Assembly: GCA_041752695.1 (NCBI GenBank)
Contig: JBGSVZ010000104.1
Span: forward strand, 29,456 to 93,455
Reading direction: 5' to 3'
Length of the DNA stretch: 64,000 nt
DNA from: Terrimicrobiaceae bacterium
GTDB taxonomy: Bacteria; Verrucomicrobiota; Verrucomicrobiia; Chthoniobacterales; Terrimicrobiaceae
Below, in pieces: positions 48,627 through 59,630 of the stretch; position 1 is the stretch's first letter; each line of letters starts with the position of its first letter. The notes beneath the pieces are model-generated. The model was not told the origin of the DNA. It did not search any database and worked only from the letters and a program-made list of their open reading frames with translations. The position numbers and the translations under genes were made by a program.

Positions 48627-49432
48627 TTGTCGCCCACCTTCACGAAGACATCCTCGACCGAGGACAGATCCACTGCGGGTTCGGCAATGGCCTGTCCATC
48701 AAGAGAACGCACCTTGAAGCTTTTGACCGTCCCGAGCAAAATGCCCGAGGGAAAAACGCCATTGCTCACGCCGGCTGTGTAAATTTTCTGGCCGGGCTGC
48801 AAGTCCGCCAATTTGGTGAGAAAGTTCAGCTGCAGTTCGCCCGCGCCCGTCGAGTCCTGCAGCCGCAGGCCATTGAGGATGCCCGACTCGCGGGTGCCCT
48901 CCACTTTGGCGGCCACCCGGCAGCTTTCATCGGTGATGAGGAGGACGGTCGACATGTTTTTTCCCACCGTGGTGGTTTTTCCGACCAGGCCAACATCGGT
49001 GAGGACCGGTTGGTTTTCCTCGATGCCGTCCTCGAAGCCGCGATTGATCCGGACGATGTTCCACCAGGTGGACGCCTCCCGGGCGATGACCCGGGCCGGC
49101 ACCAGTTTGAAGACGGAATTTTTTTGATACCCGAGGGAGTCGCGGAGTTTGTTATTTTCGGCCTCCATGTCGCGCAGGATGAGGTTGGTCGCGCGCAGTT
49201 CCTTGTTCTCCGTGGTGAGCTTGGCATTTTCCGCCTTCAGCTCGTCGAGGGATTTCAGCTTTTGTCCGACCGAACCGATCTCGGTCGTGACGGCGGAACT
49301 TGTTTTGAAGAAGGGCGAAAGGATGCCGAAAAATCCCCCCTGCAGTTTCTGCACCACGCCTGAGCCGAGGGTGGAAAGGAACACGGCCACGACGAGGATG
49401 ACGGCGACAAGAATAATGTTCAGCTTGGTCAT
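48623..49432 (-). CDS. mreC: Rod shape-determining protein MreC
   Basis: TM + coiled coil, ARVIAR, INRGFEDGI, GLVG, VFPSGILLG. Confidence 0.93.
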   Translation of the reverse strand: MTKLNIILVAVILVVAVFLSTLGSGVVQKLQGGFFGILSPFFKTSSAVTTEIGSVGQKLKSLDELKAENAKLTTENKELRATNLILRDMEAENNKLRDSLGYQKNSVFKLVPARVIAREASTWWNIVRINRGFEDGIEENQPVLTDVGLVGKTTTVGKNMSTVLLITDESCRVAAKVEGTRESGILNGLRLQDSTGAGELQLNFLTKLADLQPGQKIYTAGVSNGVFPSGILLGTVKSFKVRSLDGQAIAEPAVDLSSVEDVFVKVGDK

Positions 49433-49487
49433 GCCAAACCCTCCCTAATCCTTCCGCTGAATGTGCCAGCCACGATGCGGCGTATCC

Positions 49488-50528
49488 TTAATGTCCCGGA
49501 GCCCGGTCGTAGGAGGCCACGGCCTTGAGGAACTTCAGTTCCTGCAACGCCTTGCCCGTTCCTTCCGCCACCGCACTGAGAGGATCTTCCGCCACGTGAA
49601 CCGGCAGGCCGGTTTCTTCCTGGAGAAGTTTGTCCAGGCCGCGCAACAAAGCGCCGCCGCCGGCCAGCACCAGCCCGCGATCCACCAGATCGGCGGAGAG
49701 TTCGGGCGGGCAGCGCTCGAGGGTGATGCGGACGGAATCCACAATGGTAGAAATGGGTTCCAGAAGGGCCTCGCGGACTTCCTGGGAGGAGATCGTGATC
49801 GTCTTGGGCAGGCCGGCCACGAGGTCTCGTCCTTTGACCTCCATGGTGGTTTCCTTCTCCATCTTATAAGCCGAGCCGATCTTGATTTTGATCTCCTCCG
49901 CCGTGCGCTCGCCAATCATCAGATTGTAGGCGCGTTTCATGTAATTGATGATGGATTCGTCCAGTTCGTCACCGGCCACCCGGACGCTGCGGCTAAAGAC
50001 GATGCCTGAAAGCGAAATCAGCGCCACTTCCGTGGTGCCGCCGCCGATATCGATGATCATGTTGCCGGCCGCATCCTGCACGGGAAGACCGACCCCGATG
50101 GCCGCGGCCATGGGTTCTTCGATCAAATAGACCTCCCGAGCCCCTGCATGGGTGGCGGAATCTTTTACCGCGCGTTTCTCCACCTCAGTGATGCCGCTGG
50201 GCACGGCAATGACCACCCGGGGGCGGACCATGCGGCGGCGGTTGTGCACCTTGCTGATGAAGTGACGCAGCATCGCTTCAGTGACCTCAAAGTCGGCGAT
50301 CACGCCGTCCTTAAGCGGCCGGATAGCCACGATATTGCCAGGGGTGCGGCCGAGCATGCGCTTGGCTTCGTCGCCCACGGCGAGGACCTTGCGGGTGCCC
50401 TGTTGCACGGCCACCACAGAGGGCTCACGCAACACGATCCCGTGATCCTTGACATAAACGAGCGTATTGGCCGTACCGAGATCGATGCCGATGTCGTTGG
50501 AGAAAACTCCGAGAAGATTATTAAACAT
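49488..50528 (-). CDS. mreB: Rod shape-determining protein MreB
   Basis: [34 protein letters not shown]; start at ATG 50528. Confidence 0.97.
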   Translation of the reverse strand: MFNNLLGVFSNDIGIDLGTANTLVYVKDHGIVLREPSVVAVQQGTRKVLAVGDEAKRMLGRTPGNIVAIRPLKDGVIADFEVTEAMLRHFISKVHNRRRMVRPRVVIAVPSGITEVEKRAVKDSATHAGAREVYLIEEPMAAAIGVGLPVQDAAGNMIIDIGGGTTEVALISLSGIVFSRSVRVAGDELDESIINYMKRAYNLMIGERTAEEIKIKIGSAYKMEKETTMEVKGRDLVAGLPKTITISSQEVREALLEPISTIVDSVRITLERCPPELSADLVDRGLVLAGGGALLRGLDKLLQEETGLPVHVAEDPLSAVAEGTGKALQELKFLKAVASYDRAPGH

Positions 50529-50755
50529 GGATGTTAAAAATGTACCTTGCGAGCGGACGGCCGCGCCAACGTCGCCAGGCGCAACCATGCCGAAACAAGG
50601 CCCGAAAATTGGTGCGCTACCGGGGCGGCGTCAAGGCAATCCTCCAGAAGATTGGATTCCGGGGGCAAAAGGCCCGAAAAGCACCGGGTTTCGGGGCTTT
50701 TCGACCGAATTTCGCCTCCTCGTGGCGGCAAACGCGAGTTTTCCGCCGACTCCGC

Positions 50756-51910
<1,155 letters not shown>

Positions 51911-51966
51911 TCAGGGGAAGCTGGTCAAAAACGCTGGTTCCGCCGCGCCGGGCCGACGCACTCAAA

Positions 51967-52611
51967 CTACGCGCTCTTCGCCGCTTTGATGAACTCCCGC
52001 ACCAAATATTCGTCCTTGTGGCGCGGGTCTGCTTCCACCCCTCCGGCCACATCCACCCCGAAGGGCCGCGCGATGCGAACCGCCTCGGCCACGTTGTCCG
52101 GCTTCAGGCCTCCGGCCAGAACGACTTGGCGGTCCGGCTGCGCCAACACGATCTGCCGCGCCACGTCCCAATTCAGGCGCCGGCCGGTTCCGCCATAGGA
52201 AACGGCCGACCACGAATCAATCAGCAGGAACGGAGTCTGATAGGATTCGACCCCTGCGAGGGAATCGCCATCCTTCACGCGGATGGCTCGCATCCAACGC
52301 GGAAAGGCCACCGACGCGCACTGCTCCGGGGTTTCGTCTCCGTGAAATTGCACCGCTTCGAAACACCCGGAATCGCGCAGCGCGGCAAGTTCGGCCGGGG
52401 TGGCATTTACCACTACCGCAACACGATCCACCTTCCCGGCCAGAGCGCCGATCCAGTCGCGATGTTCTGCGAACGGGATGAAGCGCTTCGAACCCTGATA
52501 AAAATTAAACCCCAGCGCATCCGCCCCTGCCGCCACCGCCATCTCGGCATCAACCGGATTGGTGATCCCGCAGATTTTCACGCGAAGCGGACCAGCGGTG
52601 AAGAAGCCCAT
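51967..52611 (-). CDS. trpF: Phosphoribosylanthranilate isomerase
   Basis: VKICGIT, GADALGF, VQFHGDE, GGTG, LAGGL, VDVAGGVE. Confidence 0.95.
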   Translation of the reverse strand: MGFFTAGPLRVKICGITNPVDAEMAVAAGADALGFNFYQGSKRFIPFAEHRDWIGALAGKVDRVAVVVNATPAELAALRDSGCFEAVQFHGDETPEQCASVAFPRWMRAIRVKDGDSLAGVESYQTPFLLIDSWSAVSYGGTGRRLNWDVARQIVLAQPDRQVVLAGGLKPDNVAEAVRIARPFGVDVAGGVEADPRHKDEYLVREFIKAAKSA

Positions 52612-53342
52612 TACGGCAAGACCTCCAGCTCGGGGATATCGCGAACCAATTGGATCAGGCCGCTCTGCCAGCGCTCGCGCACCGTGCGCAGATAAGGATC
52701 GCCCTCCTCAAACTTCATTCGGTGCCGCGCCTCCAGACTGTCTGTGCGATAACAAAAGATCTCAAACGGCGTGCCCACTGAAAGATTGCTGCGCGCCGTG
52801 GCATCGAGCGAGAGCAGGCCAAACTTGACCGCCTCTCCCAGCGGAGTTTCATAACTAAATCCCCGATCCAAAATCGGCTTGCCGTACTTAAGTTCGCCGA
52901 TCTGCAAAAACGGAGACTCCCGGCTGGCATGAATAAAGTTTCCCTCCGGATAAATCTGAAAGATCCGTGGAACCTGCCCGGTGATCTGTCCACCAAGCAG
53001 GAAGTTGATATTAAACGCGATGCCGGCGCGATGCAGCGGTTCGGCATCAAGCTTGCGCACTTCGCGCACCAATTCGCCAAGGTATCTCGCGGTCTCGTGC
53101 AGGTTGGCCTGATTCAGGAGATTCGGCCCGTCCTTGGCCTCCAGGTCGCGTTCGATCAGGGCAACCACGGCCTGGGTGTTGGAAAGATTTCCGGAACTGA
53201 GCAGGCACAACACACGGTCGCCCTTGCGCTCATAGACCCGCATCTTCGGATGAATCGTAATATTATCCACACCCGCGCTGGTGCGGGAATCGGAAAAAAA
53301 TGCCAACCCCTCGCGGCAATGCAAACTCAGGCAGTAGGTCAT
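52611..53342 (-). CDS. Proteasome-type Ntn protease (Anbu / COG3484)
   Basis: M-T1-YC...SDSRTSAGVD, SGNLS.TQ, IYPEGNFI, QIGE.KYGKPILDR, SNLSVG. Confidence 0.9.
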   Translation of the reverse strand: MTYCLSLHCREGLAFFSDSRTSAGVDNITIHPKMRVYERKGDRVLCLLSSGNLSNTQAVVALIERDLEAKDGPNLLNQANLHETARYLGELVREVRKLDAEPLHRAGIAFNINFLLGGQITGQVPRIFQIYPEGNFIHASRESPFLQIGELKYGKPILDRGFSYETPLGEAVKFGLLSLDATARSNLSVGTPFEIFCYRTDSLEARHRMKFEEGDPYLRTVRERWQSGLIQLVRDIPELEVLP

Positions 53343-53345
53343 GGG

Positions 53346-53435
53346 GAAGTCGGAGGTTGGAACTCGGAAGGGGGAAGTGAGGATACGCCGGGACCGGCTT
53401 CCCCTTCCCACTTCGCGCTTCGTCCTTCCGCCTTC
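53346..53435. repeat. Inverted pair of 5-unit heptamer arrays with 20-bp spacer (empty version of the element at 38988-39409)
   Basis: GAAGTCG GAGGTTG GAACTCG GAAGGGG GAAGTGA ... CCCCTTC CCACTTC GCGCTTC GTCCTTC CGCCTTC. Confidence 0.88.
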
Positions 53436-53439
53436 GCTG

Positions 53440-53853
53440 TCATTCGATCACCCGCGCATTGGCCGGTTTGATCGGCGAGGAGTGATGCGTGATGGTGTAG
53501 ATTTTTCCATCGCTGCCGCGGAAAAAGGAACTCAGGACCCAACTGACCAGACTGATGATGATGGCGCCGAAGAAAGCCGTCCAAAAACCGTCCACTTGGA
53601 AGGGTGGGATGATTTTCGAGACGAGGAGCAGGAGCAGCGCATTCACCACAAAGATGAAGAGGCCCATCGTCACAATAATGAAGGGCAGGCTGAGCAGGAG
53701 CAGCACGGGGCGGACGAAGGCGTTGATGATGCCGAGCAGGAGCGACGCTCCAAGGAGCGGACCCCATCCGTCGCACCGGATGCCCGGGAGCAACCGCTCG
53801 GCTACCAGCACCGCAATGGTTGTTACCAGCCACCTCAAAAGAAACGCGCTCAT
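53440..53853 (-). CDS. YvlD-like 4-TMS 'phage holin' family membrane protein
   Basis: LGIINAFVRPVL..LSLP..IVTMGLF.FVVNA...GFW.AFFGA. Confidence 0.88.
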   Translation of the reverse strand: MSAFLLRWLVTTIAVLVAERLLPGIRCDGWGPLLGASLLLGIINAFVRPVLLLLSLPFIIVTMGLFIFVVNALLLLLVSKIIPPFQVDGFWTAFFGAIIISLVSWVLSSFFRGSDGKIYTITHHSSPIKPANARVIE

Positions 53854-53950
53854 CGCCGCATGGTAGGTTTGCGTGGCATTTTTTTGAAGATTTATTTTGC
53901 CAACACCCGCCGCCCTGAAGGTAATGGAGGGGCAACACGGGAGGACCATC

Positions 53951-54373
53951 ATGTCGAAAAAGAAAAAGGAAAAAGTTGAGGAACCGAAAAAAGGGAAGGC
54001 CGTGAAGGAAGCTCCGGTCAAGGCTGCGAAGAAGAAAAAAAGCATTGTTCCGGCCAGTATGCCGGTGCTGGTTCCAACCAGCGCTCCAGCGACCGCGCCT
54101 GTTGAGATGCCGACGACATGCGTCGTAGAGGCCAAGCCCAAAAAGGCCGTGGCCAAAAAGACGCCGGTCGCGAAAAAGCCCGCAAAGGAAAAGAAAACCG
54201 CGCCGGCGGTCGAAATCGTGGAGGTCGAGGAGATCGTGATTTCCAACGACGACATCGCCCTGCGCGCCTATTTCATCGCCGAAAAGCGCCGTCAGCACGG
54301 CCATTGGGGAGACGAGACGGGCGATTGGGTCGAAGCCGTCCGGCAGCTTCGCGAAGAAGCTCGGAAAAAGTAA
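53951..54373 (+). CDS. Lys/Ala/Pro-rich protein with C-terminal DUF2934 domain
   Basis: Histone-H1-like repeats; IALRAYFIAEKR...DWVEA.RQL. Confidence 0.8.
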   Translation: MSKKKKEKVEEPKKGKAVKEAPVKAAKKKKSIVPASMPVLVPTSAPATAPVEMPTTCVVEAKPKKAVAKKTPVAKKPAKEKKTAPAVEIVEVEEIVISNDDIALRAYFIAEKRRQHGHWGDETGDWVEAVRQLREEARKK

Positions 54374-54379
54374 CGCTCT

Positions 54380-55312
54380 GTGGCCACCCCCGGCCTGAGG
54401 CGTCGTCAATTTCTCCGCACGGGGCTGCTCTTCAGCGCCTCGCTCATGGTCCCGCGCCCGGCGTGGCCGCAACCTCCCTCGCCGGACGCCCTGCATCTTT
54501 TTTGTTTGGGAGATTGGGGCACACACGCGGATGTTCACCAGACCGCCGTGGCGCGTGCCCTGCAAGAATACGCCCGCGCCCAAGCCATCACGCCGCAAGC
54601 CCTCGTCTTGTTGGGGGACAATTTTTATGGCCATCTCGCGGGAACGGATTCCCCGAGGTGGAAAGCCGAATTTGAGGACATGTATCCCGCTTCGGCCTTT
54701 CCAGGCCCCTGCTACGCAATTCTTGGCAATCACGACTACGATGACCAGCCCGGCGGGGAGGAGTTCCAGCTTGCCTATGCCCGGCGACCGGACACCCGTT
54801 GGAAGATGCCGGGCCTCTGGTACCGCGTGGAACTTCCCGCACGCAACCCGGTGGTGACTCTTCTCTGCACCAACACCCACTTTGCCAAACTGAGTCCTGC
54901 CGAAATCACCACGCAGCACGCGTGGTTGGAAAAGGAGCTGGCAGCCCCGCGGACAAACCCCTGGCTGATCGTCTGTGGTCATCACCCCATCATGAGTTGC
55001 CGGGAACGCCACATCGACGGGCGTCTTGCCCTTTGGAGAAAGCTTTTCGAGACCCATGGGGTTCACGCCTATCTCAGCGGCCACGAACACGATCTCCAAC
55101 ATTTACGCGCGGTGGGCACCTTTACGGACTGCCTGATATCCGGCGGGGGCGGCCGGCAACTGCATCCTGTGAATGCCAATTCGGAAACCCAATTCGCCCG
55201 GGAATCATTCGGATTTCTCCATCTTGCCCTCGGGACCTCCGGGATGAATGCGACCTTTGTCGGCGACGACGCCGCCCAGCTCTATTCTTTTGAGCGCAAG
55301 ATCTCAGCCTAA
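54380..55312 (+). CDS. Tat-exported metallophosphoesterase (purple/tartrate-resistant acid phosphatase type)
   Basis: RRRQFL Tat motif; GDWG, GDNFY, GNHD, GHHP, GHEH. Confidence 0.9.
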   Translation: MATPGLRRRQFLRTGLLFSASLMVPRPAWPQPPSPDALHLFCLGDWGTHADVHQTAVARALQEYARAQAITPQALVLLGDNFYGHLAGTDSPRWKAEFEDMYPASAFPGPCYAILGNHDYDDQPGGEEFQLAYARRPDTRWKMPGLWYRVELPARNPVVTLLCTNTHFAKLSPAEITTQHAWLEKELAAPRTNPWLIVCGHHPIMSCRERHIDGRLALWRKLFETHGVHAYLSGHEHDLQHLRAVGTFTDCLISGGGGRQLHPVNANSETQFARESFGFLHLALGTSGMNATFVGDDAAQLYSFERKISA

Positions 55313-55581
55313 CCCGTGGGGCCGTTTCTTGCTTGAAACGGCATTGGGCCTCCGCTGCGGAAGCCGAGCTTGCTCTTCGAGCTTGAGGGCGCTGGAGTAG
55401 AGACGGGTGATCCGTTGCGGTATTTCACCACCGCTTGGAGAAGCGCAACCGTTCCGGCGGGCGAGGAAAAAGGGGCTCCAAGGACATCGTAGCCATCTTG
55501 AAGGTGCTGATTCACCAGCTCGGAAAGTTCCGCCGCGGTACCAGCGGTAAGGAGGTGATAGTGGGGAAGGGTCTCGCTCAT
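55309..55581 (-). CDS. DUF1737-like small protein
   Basis: YHLLT...LSELVNQHLQDGY.VLGAP...QAVVK. Confidence 0.7.
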   Translation of the reverse strand: MSETLPHYHLLTAGTAAELSELVNQHLQDGYDVLGAPFSSPAGTVALLQAVVKYRNGSPVSTPAPSSSKSKLGFRSGGPMPFQARNGPTG

Positions 55582-55639
55582 GGTATCTGATATTCAGGAA
55601 CCATCGCGGCCGCGCCCTACTCCGGCTGTGCCTAATTTT

Positions 55640-55876
55640 TTATTTTCCGTAACTCGCAGAGGTGGTCGTTGTCTCGACGGTCACCGTGGTCTGCTTTGTC
55701 ACCTTGGGGATGCCTTTGCAGAGCATCTGGCTGTAGGGACCATTCACCTTTTGGGGAAAATACATGTCGCGGCGATTTTCCAAGGTCACCGACTTGCACG
55801 GCCAGGAATTTTTGCAGCAGCAGGAGGAGAGCAGGACCGACATCGCCACAGTTGCAAGGAGGAAGGCAGGTTTCAC
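55640..55876 (-). CDS. Small Cys-rich lipoprotein, hypothetical
   Basis: Lipobox LSSC followed by CC. Confidence 0.55.
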   Translation of the reverse strand: MKPAFLLATVAMSVLLSSCCCKNSWPCKSVTLENRRDMYFPQKVNGPYSQMLCKGIPKVTKQTTVTVETTTTSASYGK

Positions 55877-55926
55877 GGGGGAAAGATAAACTGCTTCCCG
55901 GCGAAACTGTCAATGCGGGACAATTT

Positions 55927-55961
55927 GAGAGTTGAGCGACGAGAGTTGAACATGGAGAGTC
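55927..55961 (+). repeat. Degenerate heptamer array upstream of lgt (5 units)
   Basis: GAGAGTT GAGCGAC GAGAGTT GAACATG GAGAGTC. Confidence 0.6.
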
Positions 55962-55974
55962 TGGCGCTCCGGCC

Positions 55975-56919
55975 ATGCTTGCCTACTACGTTCACGACCT
56001 CAGTCCGTTTCTCATCCGATTTAACGAAAGCTTCGGGCTTCGTTGGTATGGCCTAGCTTATGTTGCGGCGTTTCTTGTTGGCGTGGTGGTGGTGCGTTCC
56101 CTCTCCCGCCGCGGCTGGTGTGATATTCCCGCGGACCAGGTAGCGGACTTCATTATCGGCGGGGCCATATTTGGAGTCCTGCTCGGCGGGCGGCTGGGTT
56201 ACATGCTGTTTTATGACTTTGCGGAATTTGTCCGCAACCCGCTCCTGATCGTGCGGGTCTGGGACGGCGGGATGTCGGCCCACGGGGGCATCATCGGGCT
56301 CATGCTTTACACGTTGTGGTACGCCTGGAGGCACAAGGTCGCCTGGCGAAACATCGGGGACAATCTTGTCGTGGCCGCCCCCATTGGCCTTTTCCTCGGG
56401 CGCGTGGCCAACTTTATCAACGGGGAGCTTTATGGGCGTGTCACCAGTGTGGCGTGGGCGGTGCAGTTTCCCAAGGAACTGCTCGATCCCCACACCCCGG
56501 TCGAAACGGTCCAGCTTGCCGCCAACGAGGCGTTCGGGCTCAATCCCGCCTGGAACTCCGCCGACGCCATCGTGGAGGCAGCCGTCAGTTCCCCGGAATT
56601 GCGCGCCCAACTGGCCGGCACCCTCACCCCCCGGCATCCTTCGCAAATTTACGAAGCCCTGCTCGAAGGGGCCCTGCTTTTTGCCATTTTGTGGGTTATG
56701 CGCACCCGTTTCCGCCTGCCCAACGGGGTGCTCACCGGCACATTTTTTCTTGGCTACGCCGTGCTGCGTTCCATCGGCGAGGTGTTCCGCGAGCCCGACG
56801 CCCCGCTCACCGGGGCGCTCACCCGCGGGCAGTTTCTTTCCATTTTCCTGGTGGTCATTGCCATTGGATTTTTCCTCTCCGCCTGGCTCAAGCCCGCGTA
56901 TCCGAAGGGAAAAAGTTGA
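55975..56919 (+). CDS. lgt: Prolipoprotein diacylglyceryl transferase
   Basis: RWYGL, GGRLGY, GGMSAHGG, GRVANFINGELYG, RHPSQIYE. Confidence 0.97.
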   Translation: MLAYYVHDLSPFLIRFNESFGLRWYGLAYVAAFLVGVVVVRSLSRRGWCDIPADQVADFIIGGAIFGVLLGGRLGYMLFYDFAEFVRNPLLIVRVWDGGMSAHGGIIGLMLYTLWYAWRHKVAWRNIGDNLVVAAPIGLFLGRVANFINGELYGRVTSVAWAVQFPKELLDPHTPVETVQLAANEAFGLNPAWNSADAIVEAAVSSPELRAQLAGTLTPRHPSQIYEALLEGALLFAILWVMRTRFRLPNGVLTGTFFLGYAVLRSIGEVFREPDAPLTGALTRGQFLSIFLVVIAIGFFLSAWLKPAYPKGKS

Positions 56920-56952
56920 GCCGGCGGGCTTGAGGGACGAACGTTCCGCGTT

Positions 56953-59610
56953 TTGAACGCACTCACCATCGAATACGATCGCGGGGTCTTCCTGCCTGGC
57001 GTGAATCTCTGGCTCGATCCCCGGGGACCCCGGGACTTTGCCTTTGTCTCCCACGCGCACAGCGACCACACCGGGCGCCACGCGCGCACGTTGTGTACGC
57101 CGGCCACCGCACGGCTGATGGAGACCCGCATGGGCGGCGATCTGGGGGTGCTGGAGACGATGGAATACGGCGAGCGCCACGCATTTGCCAACTGGGCCGC
57201 AACCCTCCTTCCGGCCGGTCATGTGCTGGGTTCCGCGCAGATGTTTTTTGAGAGCGCGGAGGGGAGTTTGCTTTACACCGGGGATTTTAAATTGCGCTCC
57301 GGCCTCTCCTGCGAGTCCGCCACCGCCTGCCATGCCGGCACGCTGGTGATGGAGACCACCTTCGGGCTGCCAAAATACCAATTTCCACCCGCCGCGGAGG
57401 TCAGTGCCGCCGTCGTGAAGTTTTGCCACGAGGCGCTGGAGGATGGGGACACCCCGGTCCTATTGGGGTATGCGCTCGGCAAAGCACAGGAAATCCTCTC
57501 CGTGCTCAGCGGTGCCGGCCTGCCCATCATGCTGCACGGGGCGATCGCCAAGATTGCGCGAGTTTACCAGGATTTCGGCATCGTTTTTCCGCCGTTCGAG
57601 AAATACGACGCGGCCGCCCTCGCAGGCCACGTTCTGGTTTGTCCGCCCAACGTCAATGGCTCGCGTATGCTGAGCGCGATCAAAAAACGCCGCGTGGCCA
57701 TGCTGACAGGCTGGGCGATGGATTCCGGCGCGGTGCATCGCCTGCAGGTCGATGCAGCATTTCCCCTCTCGGACCACGCCGACTACACCGACCTCCTGCG
57801 TTATGTGGAATTGGTCAAGCCGCACCGCGTGCTCACCCTCCACGGTTTCGCGCAGGAATTTGCCCGCGATCTGCGCGCACGAGGCATTGAGGCCTGGTCG
57901 CTCACCGGGGCCGATCAACTCGAACTCGCCATCGTTGCGCCCGTCCACCCGACGAAGCCTGCCGTGCCAACGCTGCCCGTGGAAAACGCCGGCTTCAACG
58001 CCTTCGCCCTGGTGGGCGAATCTCTCCGCGCCACGACTGGAAAATTGGAAAAGATTCGCCTCCTCTCCGCCTATCTCGGAAGCCTCGATGACACGGATCT
58101 TCCGCTGGCGGCGGTGTGGTTCACGGGGCGCGCCTTCCCGCAATCCGACCTCCGTCCCCTCAATGCTGGAGCCGCGGTCATCACCAAGGCCCTGCGGTCC
58201 GCCAGCGGGCTGCCGGAGGCGGAACTGACCGCGATGCGGCGGCGCAACAACGACAGCGGACTCACCGCGGCTGAAGCCATGGCCTCGCGTCCCGGATCAC
58301 GCGCCGTTCCGCTCGGGGAGGTGGCGGAGTTTTTGGATCATCTCCGGACCGCCCGCGGGCCGTCGCGGAAGATCGAATTGGTCGCGGACTTTCTCGGGCA
58401 GTTGCCCTCCGTGGCGGCTGGGTATCTGGTCCGAATCCTCACCGGCGACCTTCGCATCGGCCTGAAGGAAGGCCTGTTGGAGGAAGCGCTGACCAGTGCC
58501 TGCGGGGCCGAGGCGGAGAACTTTCGCGAGGCGCACATGCTCCTCGGGGACATTGGCCGGGCCGCACTCCTCGCCCGTCACGGCTCTCTCGACCAGGCCG
58601 GGCTCGCCCTCTTCCAACCGATTAAATGCATGCTCGCCAGCCCGGAGCCCGACGCGGATTCTGTCTGGGAGCGGCTCGGCAGTTCCGGCACCGTCTGGCT
58701 GGAGGACAAGCTGGATGGCATTCGCGCGCAAATCCACTGCGCCCCGGACCGCGCGGAAATTTTTTCCCGCGACCTCAAGCGGGTCACCGACACCTTCCCC
58801 GAGGTCGCCGCGGCGGCGCGAACCCTGGGTCGCGATGCGGTGTTCGACGGGGAAATCCTCGCGTGGGAAAACGGGCGCGCGCTCAGCTTTTTCGAATTGC
58901 AGAAACGCCTCGGTCGCCGCGATGCCGACCTTTTTCTCGGCGCGCAAATTCCCGTCACTTGCGTGATTTTCGACCTCCTGCGCCTCGACGGCCGATCGCT
59001 CCTCAAGCTCCCGCTGACCGAGCGCCGCGCTTCCCTCGAATCCCTCAGCCTTCCCCCCGGCCTGCAATCCGCACCCGTTATCGCGGCCCGCCATCCCGCC
59101 GAAATCGAATCCGCCTTCGGTCAGGCCCGCGCCCGGGGCAACGAAGGGCTAATGGCCAAGGATCCTGCCAGTCTCTACACACCGGGCCGCCGCGGCCTCG
59201 CCTGGATCAAGCTGAAAAAAGAATTCGCGACCCTCGATGTCGTGGTCGTCGCTGCTGAATACGGCCACGGCCGCCGCAGCAAAGTCCTGAGCGACTACAC
59301 CTTCGCCGTCCGCGACGATGCCACCGGCGCATTGCTGAATATCGGCAAAGCCTACTCCGGCCTCACTGATGTCGAAATCGCCAGCCTCACCACGGAATTC
59401 CTCGCCCTGACCCGATCGCGCCAGGGCAACCGCCTCGAGGTCGAGCCGCGCGTTGTCCTGGAAATTGCCTTCGACTCCATTCAGCCCAGCGAACGCCACG
59501 CCAGCGGACTCGCCTTGCGCTTCCCGCGCATCAAGGCCATCCGCCGCGACAAAACCCCCGCCGAGATCGACACCGTCGGCTCGGCGCGACGGCTCGCAGG
59601 ACTGGAATGA
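56953..59610 (+). CDS. Fusion: MBL/beta-CASP exonuclease + ATP-dependent DNA ligase
   Basis: SHAHSDH, AGHVLGS, YTGDF, ETTFG, SDHAD, HG; then EDKLDGIR, FDGE, EGLMAK, WIKLK, LRFPRI. Confidence 0.92.
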   Translation: MNALTIEYDRGVFLPGVNLWLDPRGPRDFAFVSHAHSDHTGRHARTLCTPATARLMETRMGGDLGVLETMEYGERHAFANWAATLLPAGHVLGSAQMFFESAEGSLLYTGDFKLRSGLSCESATACHAGTLVMETTFGLPKYQFPPAAEVSAAVVKFCHEALEDGDTPVLLGYALGKAQEILSVLSGAGLPIMLHGAIAKIARVYQDFGIVFPPFEKYDAAALAGHVLVCPPNVNGSRMLSAIKKRRVAMLTGWAMDSGAVHRLQVDAAFPLSDHADYTDLLRYVELVKPHRVLTLHGFAQEFARDLRARGIEAWSLTGADQLELAIVAPVHPTKPAVPTLPVENAGFNAFALVGESLRATTGKLEKIRLLSAYLGSLDDTDLPLAAVWFTGRAFPQSDLRPLNAGAAVITKALRSASGLPEAELTAMRRRNNDSGLTAAEAMASRPGSRAVPLGEVAEFLDHLRTARGPSRKIELVADFLGQLPSVAAGYLVRILTGDLRIGLKEGLLEEALTSACGAEAENFREAHMLLGDIGRAALLARHGSLDQAGLALFQPIKCMLASPEPDADSVWERLGSSGTVWLEDKLDGIRAQIHCAPDRAEIFSRDLKRVTDTFPEVAAAARTLGRDAVFDGEILAWENGRALSFFELQKRLGRRDADLFLGAQIPVTCVIFDLLRLDGRSLLKLPLTERRASLESLSLPPGLQSAPVIAARHPAEIESAFGQARARGNEGLMAKDPASLYTPGRRGLAWIKLKKEFATLDVVVVAAEYGHGRRSKVLSDYTFAVRDDATGALLNIGKAYSGLTDVEIASLTTEFLALTRSRQGNRLEVEPRVVLEIAFDSIQPSERHASGLALRFPRIKAIRRDKTPAEIDTVGSARRLAGLE

Positions 59611-59630
59611 AATACCCCACCCTTACTCCA

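Noticed and set aside
53440..53853. Prophage indicated by 'phage holin' family gene
   Set aside because: The YvlD-like family is common in chromosomes and no other phage genes are nearby.
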